A stretch of 51,015 bases of DNA from a virus (taxonomy: Duplodnaviria; Caudoviricetes): positions 1 through 51,015 of the IMG/VR virus record IMGVR_UViG_3300025645_000111; one strand, 5' to 3'. A model generated the notes under the pieces. That model saw only the letters and a list, made by a program, of their open reading frames with translations, did no database searches and was not told the DNA's origin. The translations under genes and the position numbers were made by a program. How positions within the stretch are numbered: the stretch's first letter is position 1; the number at the start of each line of letters is the position of its first letter. Of this stretch, positions 1-9,871 are shown piece after piece.

Positions 1-145
1 AGATTGTGCTGCAGCCTTCTGCGCTGCGGTCTGCCCCATTTGAGAAGCCAGTGTTTGATCTGCGCCAAACTGTGTTTGTGATACGTCACCAGTACGCCTA
101 GCAATGTCTGCCTGAAATGCAGCACGTTGCGCGGCAGTATTTCCT
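1..145. repeat. Terminal direct repeat, left copy (probable circular-assembly overlap)
   Basis: 1-145 equals 50871-51015 except position 19 (c) vs 50889 (t); the ORF reads through the junction in frame. Confidence 0.9.
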
Positions 146-2301
146 AACTGAGAAGAAAGAGCCTGGTCTGCGCCAAACTGTGTTTGTGATATATCGCCTG
201 CCCTTCTTGCCAGGTCAGACTCAGCTGCACCTAACTGTGAAGCAGAAGAACCAAGCTGAGAAGCAACGGTCTGCCCTGCGCCAAATCTTTGCGAACCGGC
301 AGCAGCTAAACGATCTGCAATGCTTTGATTAGCAGCCAGGTCGCCAGAAGCCTCCTGGGACATTCTGCCAGATAGTGATTGGTCTGCAGTAAGCCTGCTC
401 GCCGCACCCTGACTCAATGTATTTGCAGCACCCTGCTGGGCACTCAAGTCCTGACCGCCAAGAGATGCAAGCCCTTCTGCTGCGCCACGCTGAGCTCCCT
501 GCTGTCGAGCAAACTCACTCATCGCAGTGTTTTGAGCGTTCTGGAATCCCTGAGCTCTTAGACCGCCAACCTCTTTGGCCAATCCTCTACCCATTGCTTC
601 CGCTCGCTCTGCAGCAGTCAACCTAGCCCTAGAGCCAAAAGCAGACTCACCGCCAGTCTGTATATCTCTAGCGGTCTGAGCCATGTCGGACTGAGCCAAC
701 CCTTTAGTGGCGTCCTGGATCATTTGGTTGACTACACTATCTTCATACGGGTTCATATACTGAGAAGTAGTTGACGGATCAAATGCCCCTACAGAACCAC
801 GCAGTAAATCCCTGGACTCATTTAGCCCAGCAGAGAAATCATCAACCGCACCAATCCCACGCTGTTCTGCGTCAGACAGTCTGTTGCCGAAACGGTCAAC
901 AGCGGCACCAAGCCTTGCTGTAGCTTCACCTTGTCGGTTGGTAAATCGGTCAACAGCTCCACGCTCCTGGCCTAATGCCTGGTTGAGCTCTTGATTTAAT
1001 TTTGCTTCTGCACCCTGCAGAGATGTGGTGGCCTGACCCAAGCCTTGGCCAAGACGATCTACGGCACCTTCTTGCCTGGCTAAGGAGCCAGATAAGCCCT
1101 CGCCTAAACCTTCAATCCCCTGCCTAAGTGCTGCAGTTGACTGACCTAAACCAGAATCTAAAGTACGACCAGCCTGCTCTTGCCTGGACAAAGATTGTGT
1201 TAATCCAGCCCCTAAGCCTTGAACACCTTCTCTAAGCGCTGCAGTTGAAGAGTCCAGTCCTGATCCCAGGCCAGCGACAGCTCGACGCTGTTCTGCCAAA
1301 GATCCACCTAAACCTCCACCAAGCTCATTTACTGATCGAGATAAACCCTGAGTTGCTTGCCCTACTTGGCCAGAGAATTGTCCTTCTGCGCCTCTAGCTA
1401 AACCTTCTATTCCACCCAGGTCTCGCGCAAACCGATCACCAGATTGTCGAAGCATCGCACCCTGCTGCCCAAGTGCCTGACGTTGCTGACTTGCACCACC
1501 GGCCAGCTCCCTGGCAGCGCCAGCAAGTCCTCGATCAAAACCGGCTGTAGATCTTCTAGCCAAATCATCAATATTAGATAAGTCGCGTCCAAATCTATTG
1601 GCAGCTAACTGACCAGTCCGCTCAGATCCAGCAAGATCTCGCTTAAACCTGTTAAGGTCATTAGCTGCAAACCGATCCACATCACCCATTCGGTCGTCAA
1701 ATGCAGAGGCTGCACCCCTGGATAAATTCTCTACGCCCTGGGCACGTTGGTCGAATTGCTGCTGAGTTTGAAGCGCTTGTTGCTCTTGAGCAGACAAGTC
1801 TCTCCGTAATTCATTTGTTGCTCGCTGCGCTTCGCTCTGGTTTCTGCGAATGCCGCCTAATGCGTCACCCAAACCACGCTGGGCTTGAAACTCAGATATG
1901 CCTGCGCCACGCTGCAACTCTTGGAGTGACTGCTGCTGAGAAGCAAGCTGAGCCTGCTGCCCTTCACCCAGGGCACCAAGGCCCTGCTGATACGCATCTT
2001 GAGAAGCCTGGAGAAAAGGCTCTTGAGAACCAACGGCCTCTCTTGCCATTTCAAAGGCTGCTTGTTGGTCTGGGCTAAACCCAGCAATCTCCTGGGGAGT
2101 AACCAGGGGACGACCCTGCTCATCAAAGAAACTGCGCTCGGCAGCTTGCATCGCTCCAGGTATAAAACCGCCCTGGCCATCTAAGCCATAAAGCATTTGC
2201 TGGACAATAGGGTCCATGCTGGTTTCAGTCTTTTGAATACCAGCTACATAAGGAGAAGCGGCGCCACCTTCTTGAAACCTTTTAATTTGGGCGGGGGACA
2301 T
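1..2301 (-). CDS. 5' part of a ~1111-aa Gln/Ala/Gly-rich internal virion (ejection/pilot-like) protein continuing at 50870..49836
   Basis: Manual translation from ATG 2301 (in-frame ATG also at 2307): MSPAQIKRFQEGGAASPYV...QYMNPYEDSVVNQ...QMGQTAAQKAAAQS with no stop to position 1; joins the 49836..50909 ORF; absent from the ORF track because it runs off the edge. Confidence 0.85.
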   Translation of the reverse strand, partial: MSPAQIKRFQEGGAASPYVAGIQKTETSMDPIVQQMLYGLDGQGGFIPGAMQAAERSFFDEQGRPLVTPQEIAGFSPDQQAAFEMAREAVGSQEPFLQASQDAYQQGLGALGEGQQAQLASQQQSLQELQRGAGISEFQAQRGLGDALGGIRRNQSEAQRATNELRRDLSAQEQQALQTQQQFDQRAQGVENLSRGAASAFDDRMGDVDRFAANDLNRFKRDLAGSERTGQLAANRFGRDLSNIDDLARRSTAGFDRGLAGAARELAGGASQQRQALGQQGAMLRQSGDRFARDLGGIEGLARGAEGQFSGQVGQATQGLSRSVNELGGGLGGSLAEQRRAVAGLGSGLDSSTAALREGVQGLGAGLTQSLSRQEQAGRTLDSGLGQSTAALRQGIEGLGEGLSGSLARQEGAVDRLGQGLGQATTSLQGAEAKLNQELNQALGQERGAVDRFTNRQGEATARLGAAVDRFGNRLSDAEQRGIGAVDDFSAGLNESRDLLRGSVGAFDPSTTSQYMNPYEDSVVNQMIQDATKGLAQSDMAQTARDIQTGGESAFGSRARLTAAERAEAMGRGLAKEVGGLRAQGFQNAQNTAMSEFARQQGAQRGAAEGLASLGGQDLSAQQGAANTLSQGAASRLTADQSLSGRMSQEASGDLAANQSIADRLAAAGSQRFGAGQTVASQLGSSASQLGAAESDLARRAGDISQTQFGADQALSSQLGNTAAQRAAFQADIARRTGDVSQTQFGADQTLASQMGQTAAQKAAAQS
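60..300. repeat. Degenerate 108-bp (36-aa) coding tandem repeat
   Basis: ctgcgccaaa cores at 60, 168 and 276, with a further copy at 50822; peptide unit DLARRAGDISQTQFGADQ. Confidence 0.8.
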
Positions 2302-2303
2302 AA

Positions 2304-4304
2304 TCATGCTGGCTCTCCTGCAAAGTCTCTGAACAGCTTCATCATGTCGTACATTAGCTTTGTGCCTTTCTCCCTGGACTCTTCACCCAGGGGTTGCAAT
2401 GTAATGATGCCGCCGTCTTTTTTCATCTCGAAAGCTCCAGCACCTCTTACTGCCTGGCCCGTCATGACGAACTCGCCATCGGATAGCATGGCAGGAATGT
2501 CATCACTTACCTCAGTGCCTGGTCCTTCGATATCGCCAACCATTCTTTGAAACTCTTCCATAGAGACGTTGCCGCCATCAGCATAAGACATGACAGGTCC
2601 GCCGTATCTCATTCCTTCCGCTTCAGTTGGTGGTGGGGTTGGTCTTCCACCGCTCAAGGTCGGGAAGGTATTAGCAGGCAGCAAGCCAAACTCAACAGGG
2701 TTAGGGGCTTCCCCTCCTGTACGTCTTGCAATCTCTGCTTCAATATTGTATCGGCCAGCCGCGTTCATAGAGGTCAACGGCGTCTGTGCTACACCTTTAG
2801 AGTTCTTGGCTTCATCATAAGCGAGCTTACCCAGCAAGCCGGCCAGGCCAAGCGCTGCAATGTCTTTGCCTCCAAAGCCACCGCCACCGCTACCACCGCC
2901 AGTGATAGACTTGATAAAGTCAGGTGTTGGATTGCTCCCACCAAATCCTAAGCTGTCGCCTATGTTCTTTATGTAGTCTGGGGTGTCAAACGCCTCATCA
3001 ATAAAGCTGCCATTGGTGAATGGGTTCAAACCAGACAGTACACTGGAGGCCGCTCCTGCAGCTGCACCAGTGCCGGCCATCATCTGGCCACCTGGTACGT
3101 TTAGCATTTGGCCAGCGATAATCATGTTGGGGTCAGTTATGTGCGGGTTATTTGCCATCATTTCTTCAACAGATACGCCGTACTGCTGGGCTATCTGAGA
3201 GAGCGTATCCCCAGATTGAATCTGATATTGCTCTGGCACTCCTGCCATTCCAGCACCGCCAAGACCCGCTGCAGTGGTAAGACCTCTTCCAACCATTCCG
3301 GTAGGAGCTCCAGGCAGCTGACCAGGATTGAGCACGCTACCTGTTGCAGCTACACCAGGCAGCGCTGCCTCTCCTGAGTAAGTTGCTGTTTTTAGCAATC
3401 CAGGAATACCCTTGTTACCTGCAGCACCACCGAAGATGGTGTCCATGGGGCTAGAGACAAGGTTACCAATACCGCTCTTTAACGCAGCACCAGTGCCGGT
3501 TAAACCGGCGCCTATCCCGCTGAAAAAGTTACCGCCACCAGCTTTAGTGATATTAGAGATGTTAGATCCAATACTTCCGCCAGTAGCAGCGGGGCCAGCT
3601 ACAGTCAGCAAAGCCAGGGGATTGGCTCTGCCTTTTGCAACATCGTATACAGTGAATGCTTTGTTAGCCAAAGCAGCGATAGGCTGCCATGGACCAGGTA
3701 TAAATTGAGCTACCTTGGCAAGAGGTTTGACAACCTTCTTAACAACCTTCTTAACGCTTTTTGCAATCTTCTTAAAGAAGCCGAATTCTTCCAGCCCAGT
3801 AATTGGGTTTAATGAGGCGATGCCCAAACCAACTACAGCCTGGTGTGGGTCAATATCTAATTCTTCAAATCTTTGCTGAACGACACGCTCAAACTCTGGA
3901 TCCTCAAATGCTTCAGGCGGAAGGACAACCTCACCTGGTCGGAGGTGAGCCAGGGCAGTATCATCGCCACGACCTTCTGCTGCCAGGGCAATAGCCTGCT
4001 CAGCCATGGGCGCGTTAGCCCCAACCATAGCGGCTTCAGCCAGGTGCTCATATGTTCTTTTTTCTGTGGGATCGTCTGTGGCCTGGGCTTGCATCATCAT
4101 CTCTTCGATGGCTGCAGCAATATCGGCATTCGGGTCTTGAGTTACGGCCTGCTCTACAACGGCCTCTTGAGCTTGGCCCATCAAGGCCATTTGATCCTGG
4201 GAAGGTGCTGCGCCGCCATCTCTCATCATGACAACTGGCCCTCCCATGTTCATTGGTTGGGCTTCAAGACTTGCAAGCAGTTGATCTTCTAATTTCATAT
4301 TCAT
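2304..4304 (-). CDS. Internal virion/ejection-type protein with a LysM domain
   Basis: 666 aa; LysM-like YQIQSGDTLSQIAQQYGVSVEEMMANNPHITDPNMIIAGQMLNVP; GRGDDTALAHLRPGEVVLP and GPGTEVSDDIPAMLSDGEFVM segments; Gly-rich; follows the tail genes. Confidence 0.75.
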   Translation of the reverse strand: MNMKLEDQLLASLEAQPMNMGGPVVMMRDGGAAPSQDQMALMGQAQEAVVEQAVTQDPNADIAAAIEEMMMQAQATDDPTEKRTYEHLAEAAMVGANAPMAEQAIALAAEGRGDDTALAHLRPGEVVLPPEAFEDPEFERVVQQRFEELDIDPHQAVVGLGIASLNPITGLEEFGFFKKIAKSVKKVVKKVVKPLAKVAQFIPGPWQPIAALANKAFTVYDVAKGRANPLALLTVAGPAATGGSIGSNISNITKAGGGNFFSGIGAGLTGTGAALKSGIGNLVSSPMDTIFGGAAGNKGIPGLLKTATYSGEAALPGVAATGSVLNPGQLPGAPTGMVGRGLTTAAGLGGAGMAGVPEQYQIQSGDTLSQIAQQYGVSVEEMMANNPHITDPNMIIAGQMLNVPGGQMMAGTGAAAGAASSVLSGLNPFTNGSFIDEAFDTPDYIKNIGDSLGFGGSNPTPDFIKSITGGGSGGGGFGGKDIAALGLAGLLGKLAYDEAKNSKGVAQTPLTSMNAAGRYNIEAEIARRTGGEAPNPVEFGLLPANTFPTLSGGRPTPPPTEAEGMRYGGPVMSYADGGNVSMEEFQRMVGDIEGPGTEVSDDIPAMLSDGEFVMTGQAVRGAGAFEMKKDGGIITLQPLGEESREKGTKLMYDMMKLFRDFAGEPA

Positions 4305-4627
4305 GGCGTGTTCACCGTTACAGTTCCCAAGCCGGATTCAATTACCTGACCAGCTGGATAGGTCTGGTGGGAATACAGATCTCGCAAAGCATTTCCATCA
4401 AAAGCCTGGTGTATTTGGTTAGTTGTATTAAAGATTATAGCACCCGTTGCAAACTGAAGGGTACTAATTTGTGTTGAGTTAAAATGGGGGGATATTGTAA
4501 AATCGACAGAACCGAGATTTATCTCCAAAACCCTAACCAAACGATTAAAGGTTTCTACATCAACCTGCGTATCTGTACCGATCCCACCAGCTGCCAGGGG
4601 AAGCCTGGTCTCAAGTAGCTTACTCAC
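4301..4627 (-). CDS. Hypothetical virion protein
   Basis: 108 aa, 4-nt overlaps with both neighbours in the structural operon. Confidence 0.7.
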   Translation of the reverse strand: MSKLLETRLPLAAGGIGTDTQVDVETFNRLVRVLEINLGSVDFTISPHFNSTQISTLQFATGAIIFNTTNQIHQAFDGNALRDLYSHQTYPAGQVIESGLGTVTVNTP

Positions 4628-6522
4628 GACCGGCGACCACTTGGTTGTATATCAATCCTGGTAGAGCCTAGCCTCCACTTATATCCAAGCTGATTGTTTG
4701 CAGTGTCGTCATCATCCGACTCAAACCTGAATACCAGCTGCCGCGCACGGCTTCTTACGTTGTTATAGGTAGATGTTCCGGTGACTTGGGTGGTGGAGTC
4801 TGTGGTCAAATCTTGACCAGGGTAATCTCTTCGTTTAAGAACTATGTTCATCGCAGGAGTGTTGCTAGAGCTGCCATCACTAAAGAAAGCAACATCAGGT
4901 ATGATCTGCTTGACAAAAGAGAAGTTCTCTCCGTCACCAATAGCGGTATCGCCAGACTCGACAAATACATTGGTCATTGGGCCGTGATTATCGTTGTAGC
5001 CCGTCTCATGCTCAAACACCAGGCTCTGCCCTGAAGACTGGGCCCCAGATAACGGCAAGTCTTCAATGCCTGCATCTAGCCAGGAGTACCGGACCAGGGA
5101 ACCAATCGACCAGGTATTCTCTTCGTAGTTGTAAATGACATACCGGCTAATCTCGCCAGTAGCATCTTCCTTGGACGGGTAGAAGAACCACATCTCACCA
5201 AACTCGGAGTTAAGACCCATATGGCATTTGAATGCCTGCTCCAGGTCTAGGTCCTCAAACACGTATTCCTGAACGGAGCAGGGCAGCTTCTTAACTGCAC
5301 CAGTGTAAACATAGAATCCGGTTTTCGACGCAAAAAACACCCCGCTCGGCGCATTTACTGCAGCCTTGGGTCCAATCAATCCGGCGCCTTCGTTTACCAG
5401 GTTTACCGCAAACGTCAGCGGTGGTCCGATAAAGTTCATGCTGTATAGGCTGGTGTCTGTCCAGATCAGGATCTCCTGCCTAGACTTCAGCCCCCCAACA
5501 ATAAAGGAACCGGAGCTCAATCGCACATCACCCGCTGAGTTAGTTGGCAGCGGCTCAAACTCCAAATCATTCTCTGAAGCAGAGAAGGCAACAAGCATAG
5601 GGTCGATAACACCAGTCCTGGCGCCACCGCTTACAGGGTCGCAACCTAAAACAACCAGGTGTCGATCAGTCTCTGAAGTAATAACCTGGAGCCCAACAGT
5701 GGGGACCTGGTTGGCACCGCTAACTGTGGCCAGCTCTTTGGCCTCAACCGTAACGCCGTTATTTTCCACCCAGCGATAAATACCCGCACCCCTGGGATTA
5801 ATTATTAAGTTCTCACCAAAGTTATCGTGGGTCCATAGCCTCAGCTGATTGACTGCAGATATGGCGTTAGCCGAACCATAGGCGCCATTGCCCCAGGTGC
5901 CGATACCCCAACCGGTACTGGTTACATAAGTATCCAGGCCCACGTTTATTTGATAGGTGCCTACAGTGCTAGAGCCGCCATTTCCAGAGTCGCTGGCATT
6001 TGCCGTAACGGTGTTACCGCTAGTGTCCTTGGCGGTTATGGTGTAGGTGTTGGCATCTGTCACCAGAAGGATTTGATATTCCTGGTTAAGTACGCCGGCT
6101 GTAATTAATCCACCCAAAGAAGCAGCGCCGCTAAATGTGACAAAATCGTTTGTCACCGCGCCATGGGCAGTATCTGTGATTGTAATTGTTGAAGAGCCGT
6201 TAGAAGCTGAAAAGGTTACATCGCCTGCAGAAGTAACCAGGCGAATAGGGGTAACGTCATTGTAAGAATTACCCTCTTCAATGTAATACTTCCAGGTGGT
6301 GCCTACGCCCAAGAACCTGGTGCCACCGAGAGAGATCCAGCTATGCAGTGCCCTGCTCAACCCAAGAAAATAATTCTGGCCGAGCTGCTGCCAGCCGCCT
6401 ACTTTCTCTACACGGGCTTTTCTAAAGCGCACAAGATTGCCATCAACCCAGCCGCCCTGGGCGCTGTAGTCGGTGGCTTCTTTATTTATGCCAGCTTGAA
6501 ACTCTATCTTTGATAGCGGCAT
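4624..6522 (-). CDS. Tail nozzle / DNA-stabilization protein (P22 gp10 or T7 gp12-like position)
   Basis: 632 aa beta-rich protein located between adaptor and ejection-type genes; function inferred from size and position. Confidence 0.65.
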   Translation of the reverse strand: MPLSKIEFQAGINKEATDYSAQGGWVDGNLVRFRKARVEKVGGWQQLGQNYFLGLSRALHSWISLGGTRFLGVGTTWKYYIEEGNSYNDVTPIRLVTSAGDVTFSASNGSSTITITDTAHGAVTNDFVTFSGAASLGGLITAGVLNQEYQILLVTDANTYTITAKDTSGNTVTANASDSGNGGSSTVGTYQINVGLDTYVTSTGWGIGTWGNGAYGSANAISAVNQLRLWTHDNFGENLIINPRGAGIYRWVENNGVTVEAKELATVSGANQVPTVGLQVITSETDRHLVVLGCDPVSGGARTGVIDPMLVAFSASENDLEFEPLPTNSAGDVRLSSGSFIVGGLKSRQEILIWTDTSLYSMNFIGPPLTFAVNLVNEGAGLIGPKAAVNAPSGVFFASKTGFYVYTGAVKKLPCSVQEYVFEDLDLEQAFKCHMGLNSEFGEMWFFYPSKEDATGEISRYVIYNYEENTWSIGSLVRYSWLDAGIEDLPLSGAQSSGQSLVFEHETGYNDNHGPMTNVFVESGDTAIGDGENFSFVKQIIPDVAFFSDGSSSNTPAMNIVLKRRDYPGQDLTTDSTTQVTGTSTYNNVRSRARQLVFRFESDDDDTANNQLGYKWRLGSTRIDIQPSGRRS

Positions 6523-6528
6523 CAGCTA

Positions 6529-6963
6529 TCACGCTAGTCGAATAATAGCGCCTGTTGCTGTTGGCGTTGGGAAGACAACAGTAAAGTCTCCAGCAGTGGA
6601 GGTCTTATCTCCACCAAAGTCCACAGCACAAACAGCTTTATCTGATTGAGTATCGTTATAAATCAAGCAGCCCCTAGCGGTGATTGTGGCATTGCTGAAG
6701 GTGAGATCATTGAAATCACATACCGCAGTAGTGCCTGTAGCGAACGGCGTTACGTTAGTAAGCGCAGATCCACCGGAGGAGTAGTTGGTCCCACTAGCCT
6801 GGCCTGTTGTGGTAAAGGCAGTTGTAGCCGCACCCAGGTTAGCCGAAGAAGTGTAAAGCGCTAACTTAAAACTGTTACCGCTAGAGTTAGTAAAATTGTG
6901 CGTACCGACAAGCAGCTCTTGCTTGAAGGACGTACATATTGCTGAAGTTATAGCCATCGTCAC
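6529..6963 (-). CDS. Putative tail structural protein
   Basis: 144 aa Thr/Ser/Ala-rich (MAITSAICTSFKQELL...FKLALYT); probable start at the second Met. Confidence 0.65.
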   Translation of the reverse strand: MTMAITSAICTSFKQELLVGTHNFTNSSGNSFKLALYTSSANLGAATTAFTTTGQASGTNYSSGGSALTNVTPFATGTTAVCDFNDLTFSNATITARGCLIYNDTQSDKAVCAVDFGGDKTSTAGDFTVVFPTPTATGAIIRLA

Positions 6964-7250
6964 AGCTCCTTTAAAAATTTGGCAACGTCACCGTGGCCAA
7001 TTTCTTCTAATTTATTGGACACTGTAACACGATCCGAAGCGATTGCGCTTCTCATGCCTGTCAATATTACATTATAAACTGCGTTTCGGAAAGCAAACGC
7101 TTGTTCTTTAATGTGAGGAGATGCTTGCTCAGATATGCCACAAATTCTATTTGTCGTCTGTTCTGCCCAAAACTCTGGGTCATGGCCACGATTGTTTGTA
7201 GTCTGAACCGTGATCTGGCCCATGCCTAAACCTATATTATCTTTAATCAT
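6960..7250 (-). CDS. Hypothetical protein
   Basis: 96 aa, coupled by 4-nt overlaps. Confidence 0.7.
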   Translation of the reverse strand: MIKDNIGLGMGQITVQTTNNRGHDPEFWAEQTTNRICGISEQASPHIKEQAFAFRNAVYNVILTGMRSAIASDRVTVSNKLEEIGHGDVAKFLKEL

Positions 7251-7969
7251 CCTTTGTATGGCTCCGGTGCTGAGGGCATGTCTATTGTCTCCAGGTTGTG
7301 CTTCTTAATCATTCCTGGAAGCATTGACCTTGGGCACAATACCCACTCACCCTCTGGGCTTGGCATTGCCACCATAGGATCTGGCAGCCTGTGATAACCA
7401 TACAGTCTGTCTGTGATCGGCACGTTACTATCAAGCAGCGTTGACCTGGGGGAGGCCCCTATGGCGATTCCTTCAGAGATGCACTTGGATATCCAAAACT
7501 CCAAGCAAGCTCTTCCTGCCTCAGCAAAGTGAATGTTCTCTTTATAGCTAAAGTCCATGCCGAACAGGTCCATCTGGCCCACCTTGTTCCACAACCCAAA
7601 TGCAATAGCATAAGCAGCGGTGGTGTTTAGGTAGGCGCATTTTGCCGAGGTTGCAACTTCGGCCAGGGGATATTCAACAATAGCTGGCACGCGCTCATCA
7701 AGCACGCAGGAGTATATTGGCTTTGTTACGCCAGGCAACAGCTTACGCATTACCTCGGTTTGATTGCCGGCATCCTCACTATCCAGATACCTGGTGGGAG
7801 GATCCATCATAAACACTCTGTCGTAATTGAATGCAGCCAAGGCTGAGTTAATTACCCAGACTTCATCCCATTCCTTAGAGTTCTCCAGGCCAATCACAAA
7901 ATCAATTTGTGAGGCGCCTAGACCGAGTATTGCAATTTTCTTATCTTTAAGTTTTTTTATTGGTTCCAT
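7247..7969 (-). CDS. Rossmann-like protein, possibly glycosyltransferase (GT29/Maf-like) fold
   Basis: KKIAILGLGAS...DEVWVINS...TAAYAIAFG...MDLFGMDF pattern; CDS is clear, function tentative. Confidence 0.45.
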   Translation of the reverse strand: MEPIKKLKDKKIAILGLGASQIDFVIGLENSKEWDEVWVINSALAAFNYDRVFMMDPPTRYLDSEDAGNQTEVMRKLLPGVTKPIYSCVLDERVPAIVEYPLAEVATSAKCAYLNTTAAYAIAFGLWNKVGQMDLFGMDFSYKENIHFAEAGRACLEFWISKCISEGIAIGASPRSTLLDSNVPITDRLYGYHRLPDPMVAMPSPEGEWVLCPRSMLPGMIKKHNLETIDMPSAPEPYKG

Positions 7970-8616
7970 TAAGTGACGCCCGTTCGTAGTAAGTCATACC
8001 TATATTCGTCCCTGGTCTCTCGGCCCTCACTCACATTCTTCATGCGAGATAAGGCTTCTTTAAACCTGGTCTCAAAGGTGGCTACTACATCGGGAGTCTC
8101 TTTTAAGAACACTGCGGCTTCAACGAGCGTACCGTACAACAAAGCATCACTATACTTAGTTGACAGCACTGTGGTGCCTGATTCGGCGCCTGCAGTCAAC
8201 GATGGTGGCTTATACAAGTAATGCAGCTCGATTGTGTAACCCGCATCAGGAACCGGTGAGAGTTCAAATGCGTCATTGTCAAACAAGCTGTAATACTTGG
8301 GCTGTCCGGTAACAGTTGAGTTTGGACTGTACTCTTTAATAAATGACGGGTGCTTAAACAGCAAATACGAATATACGTTAGAGCTGATTACCGCCAGGGA
8401 AAAAGGAGCATAGAAGTCTGTAGGTGTAGCCAGGAATCGGTTGTTCTGCGAAACCGTTCCCTGGACGTTCTTGCGCTGCTCAGGCAGCTGAACCATAGAG
8501 AAGATTCGATCCTCGGACTCTCTGATAAATTCATCCAGGTTAGCATTAAACGTGGTTTCATTTACCTGCAGGTAGTCCTGAACCGTAGACTTCAAAGTCG
8601 CTAATGTAAAGCTCAT
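7969..8616 (-). CDS. Head-tail adaptor / tail tubular protein
   Basis: 215 aa; GQPKYYS...LSPVPD..YTIELHY...LLYGTLVEA pattern typical of podophage adaptors. Confidence 0.65.
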   Translation of the reverse strand: MSFTLATLKSTVQDYLQVNETTFNANLDEFIRESEDRIFSMVQLPEQRKNVQGTVSQNNRFLATPTDFYAPFSLAVISSNVYSYLLFKHPSFIKEYSPNSTVTGQPKYYSLFDNDAFELSPVPDAGYTIELHYLYKPPSLTAGAESGTTVLSTKYSDALLYGTLVEAAVFLKETPDVVATFETRFKEALSRMKNVSEGRETRDEYRYDLLRTGVT

Positions 8617-8936
8617 GATGTAGTTACCTCCACAGATCCTACATTAGCACTTATTGCAAATGTTTGCAAAGTTGTACCTAAAATACCATCGCCCACATTC
8701 GTATACATTGTGAACACGGTGTTATCGTGGCCGTCCGAAGATGGATCTGGCCGCGACTCTTTTAAAGCCTGGGGGTCAATAGGGGTAGGCTTTCTCATAA
8801 GCTGGGGGTGCTTTGGGCTCCACTGATCTGGACCTACCAGCAAACCATCCCAGGTCTTCTTCATGTCTTTGAGCTTGTAACGAAAGCCTGTGATGTCACA
8901 GATCCCGTATGCTCTTCTGTCAGATGCGAACGCCAT
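8613..8936 (-). CDS. Hypothetical structural-module protein
   Basis: 107 aa, ICDITGFRY...KHPQL. Confidence 0.7.
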   Translation of the reverse strand: MAFASDRRAYGICDITGFRYKLKDMKKTWDGLLVGPDQWSPKHPQLMRKPTPIDPQALKESRPDPSSDGHDNTVFTMYTNVGDGILGTTLQTFAISANVGSVEVTTS

Positions 8937-9631
8937 TAGGCAATGTTATACCCACGCAGATCAGGGGCGATTCTAAACGATGCACGCTCTTCATCTTGCG
9001 ATAGTGCTCGATCAAACTCTTCCTCATACATCTGCTTGAGCATTCCTACTTTTTCGGGCGCTTTCTTGATAGCCATATAATACGCTAGTCCAGCAGCCAG
9101 GCATGGGTAGAACCGGAAAGGTAAATCCATAGTATTGGCGCCGACTCCCGCATCATCCATTCTGGATAGTACGTTGCAGTACACAGTGTACTTCCCACTC
9201 TGATCGGGTGCAGGCCAAACCGTAATGGTTGGGCTCAATGTCTTGTTGACGTAAAACTGGTTAGGCTTGCCAGTTGTTGACTTAGTTGCCAGGTGAGAAT
9301 ATTCCGCCCTGGACATCCTGCTAAGCGGCACATCGGTTACCTGGCTGCCGATTGTCTCTCTAATGAAGACATCAAGCACATCAATAGTTGCGGTTGGGTT
9401 TACAGCATCAACGTCATACTGAACCGTGTCGGCAACCATAGGTAGCGCTTTCTGGGCAACGGTCCACTGGTTTAATCCCCTATTTGCCCACTCGGCCAAC
9501 ATAAGGTTAAGGGACCGATTGGCGGACTTGAGATCATAACCAGTACGCAGCTCCAGGCCGCATCTTTCAAAGGCCTCCTCTACATACTCAGCTACATCGA
9601 GCTCAAATGTTTTAGTTCCGCTAACAGCCAT
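8936..9631 (-). CDS. Head-tail adaptor-like protein
   Basis: 231 aa; EEAFERCG...SLNLMLAEWANRGLNQW...GKPNQFY...VWPAPD. Confidence 0.6.
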   Translation of the reverse strand: MAVSGTKTFELDVAEYVEEAFERCGLELRTGYDLKSANRSLNLMLAEWANRGLNQWTVAQKALPMVADTVQYDVDAVNPTATIDVLDVFIRETIGSQVTDVPLSRMSRAEYSHLATKSTTGKPNQFYVNKTLSPTITVWPAPDQSGKYTVYCNVLSRMDDAGVGANTMDLPFRFYPCLAAGLAYYMAIKKAPEKVGMLKQMYEEEFDRALSQDEERASFRIAPDLRGYNIA

Positions 9632-9870
9632 TAGGGTCTCCGCAGGTTATTCTTTCCAATGTTAGGCATACCGCCGCCCTTCATTCCAATAGGCTTCATC
9701 TTACCACCGCCCATCTTGCCCTGCACTCTTCCATACAAACCGCAGTTGCTGCTTGAGGGAGCTCGTTTGTTTTTGGTGGCAGCTCCGCCCATGTTCATAC
9801 CCATAGCCTTCTTAGCTGCAGCTTTACCCGCTTTGGTGTACGGGAATTTTTTTCCATTTACGTTTGGCAT
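9631..9870 (-). CDS. Small basic Lys/Gly/Met-rich protein
   Basis: 79 aa with MNMGG, KMGGG and MKGGG motifs. Confidence 0.7.
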   Translation of the reverse strand: MPNVNGKKFPYTKAGKAAAKKAMGMNMGGAATKNKRAPSSSNCGLYGRVQGKMGGGKMKPIGMKGGGMPNIGKNNLRRP

Positions 9871-9871
9871 A

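Noticed and set aside
1-145. Biological terminal repeat of the packaged genome
   Set aside because: It lies mid-gene, and the 126-bp exact part fits a k-mer assembly overlap better
117-2184. Short ORF-track ORFs in the first 2.2 kb
   Set aside because: They are shadows of the long minus-strand gene starting at 2301
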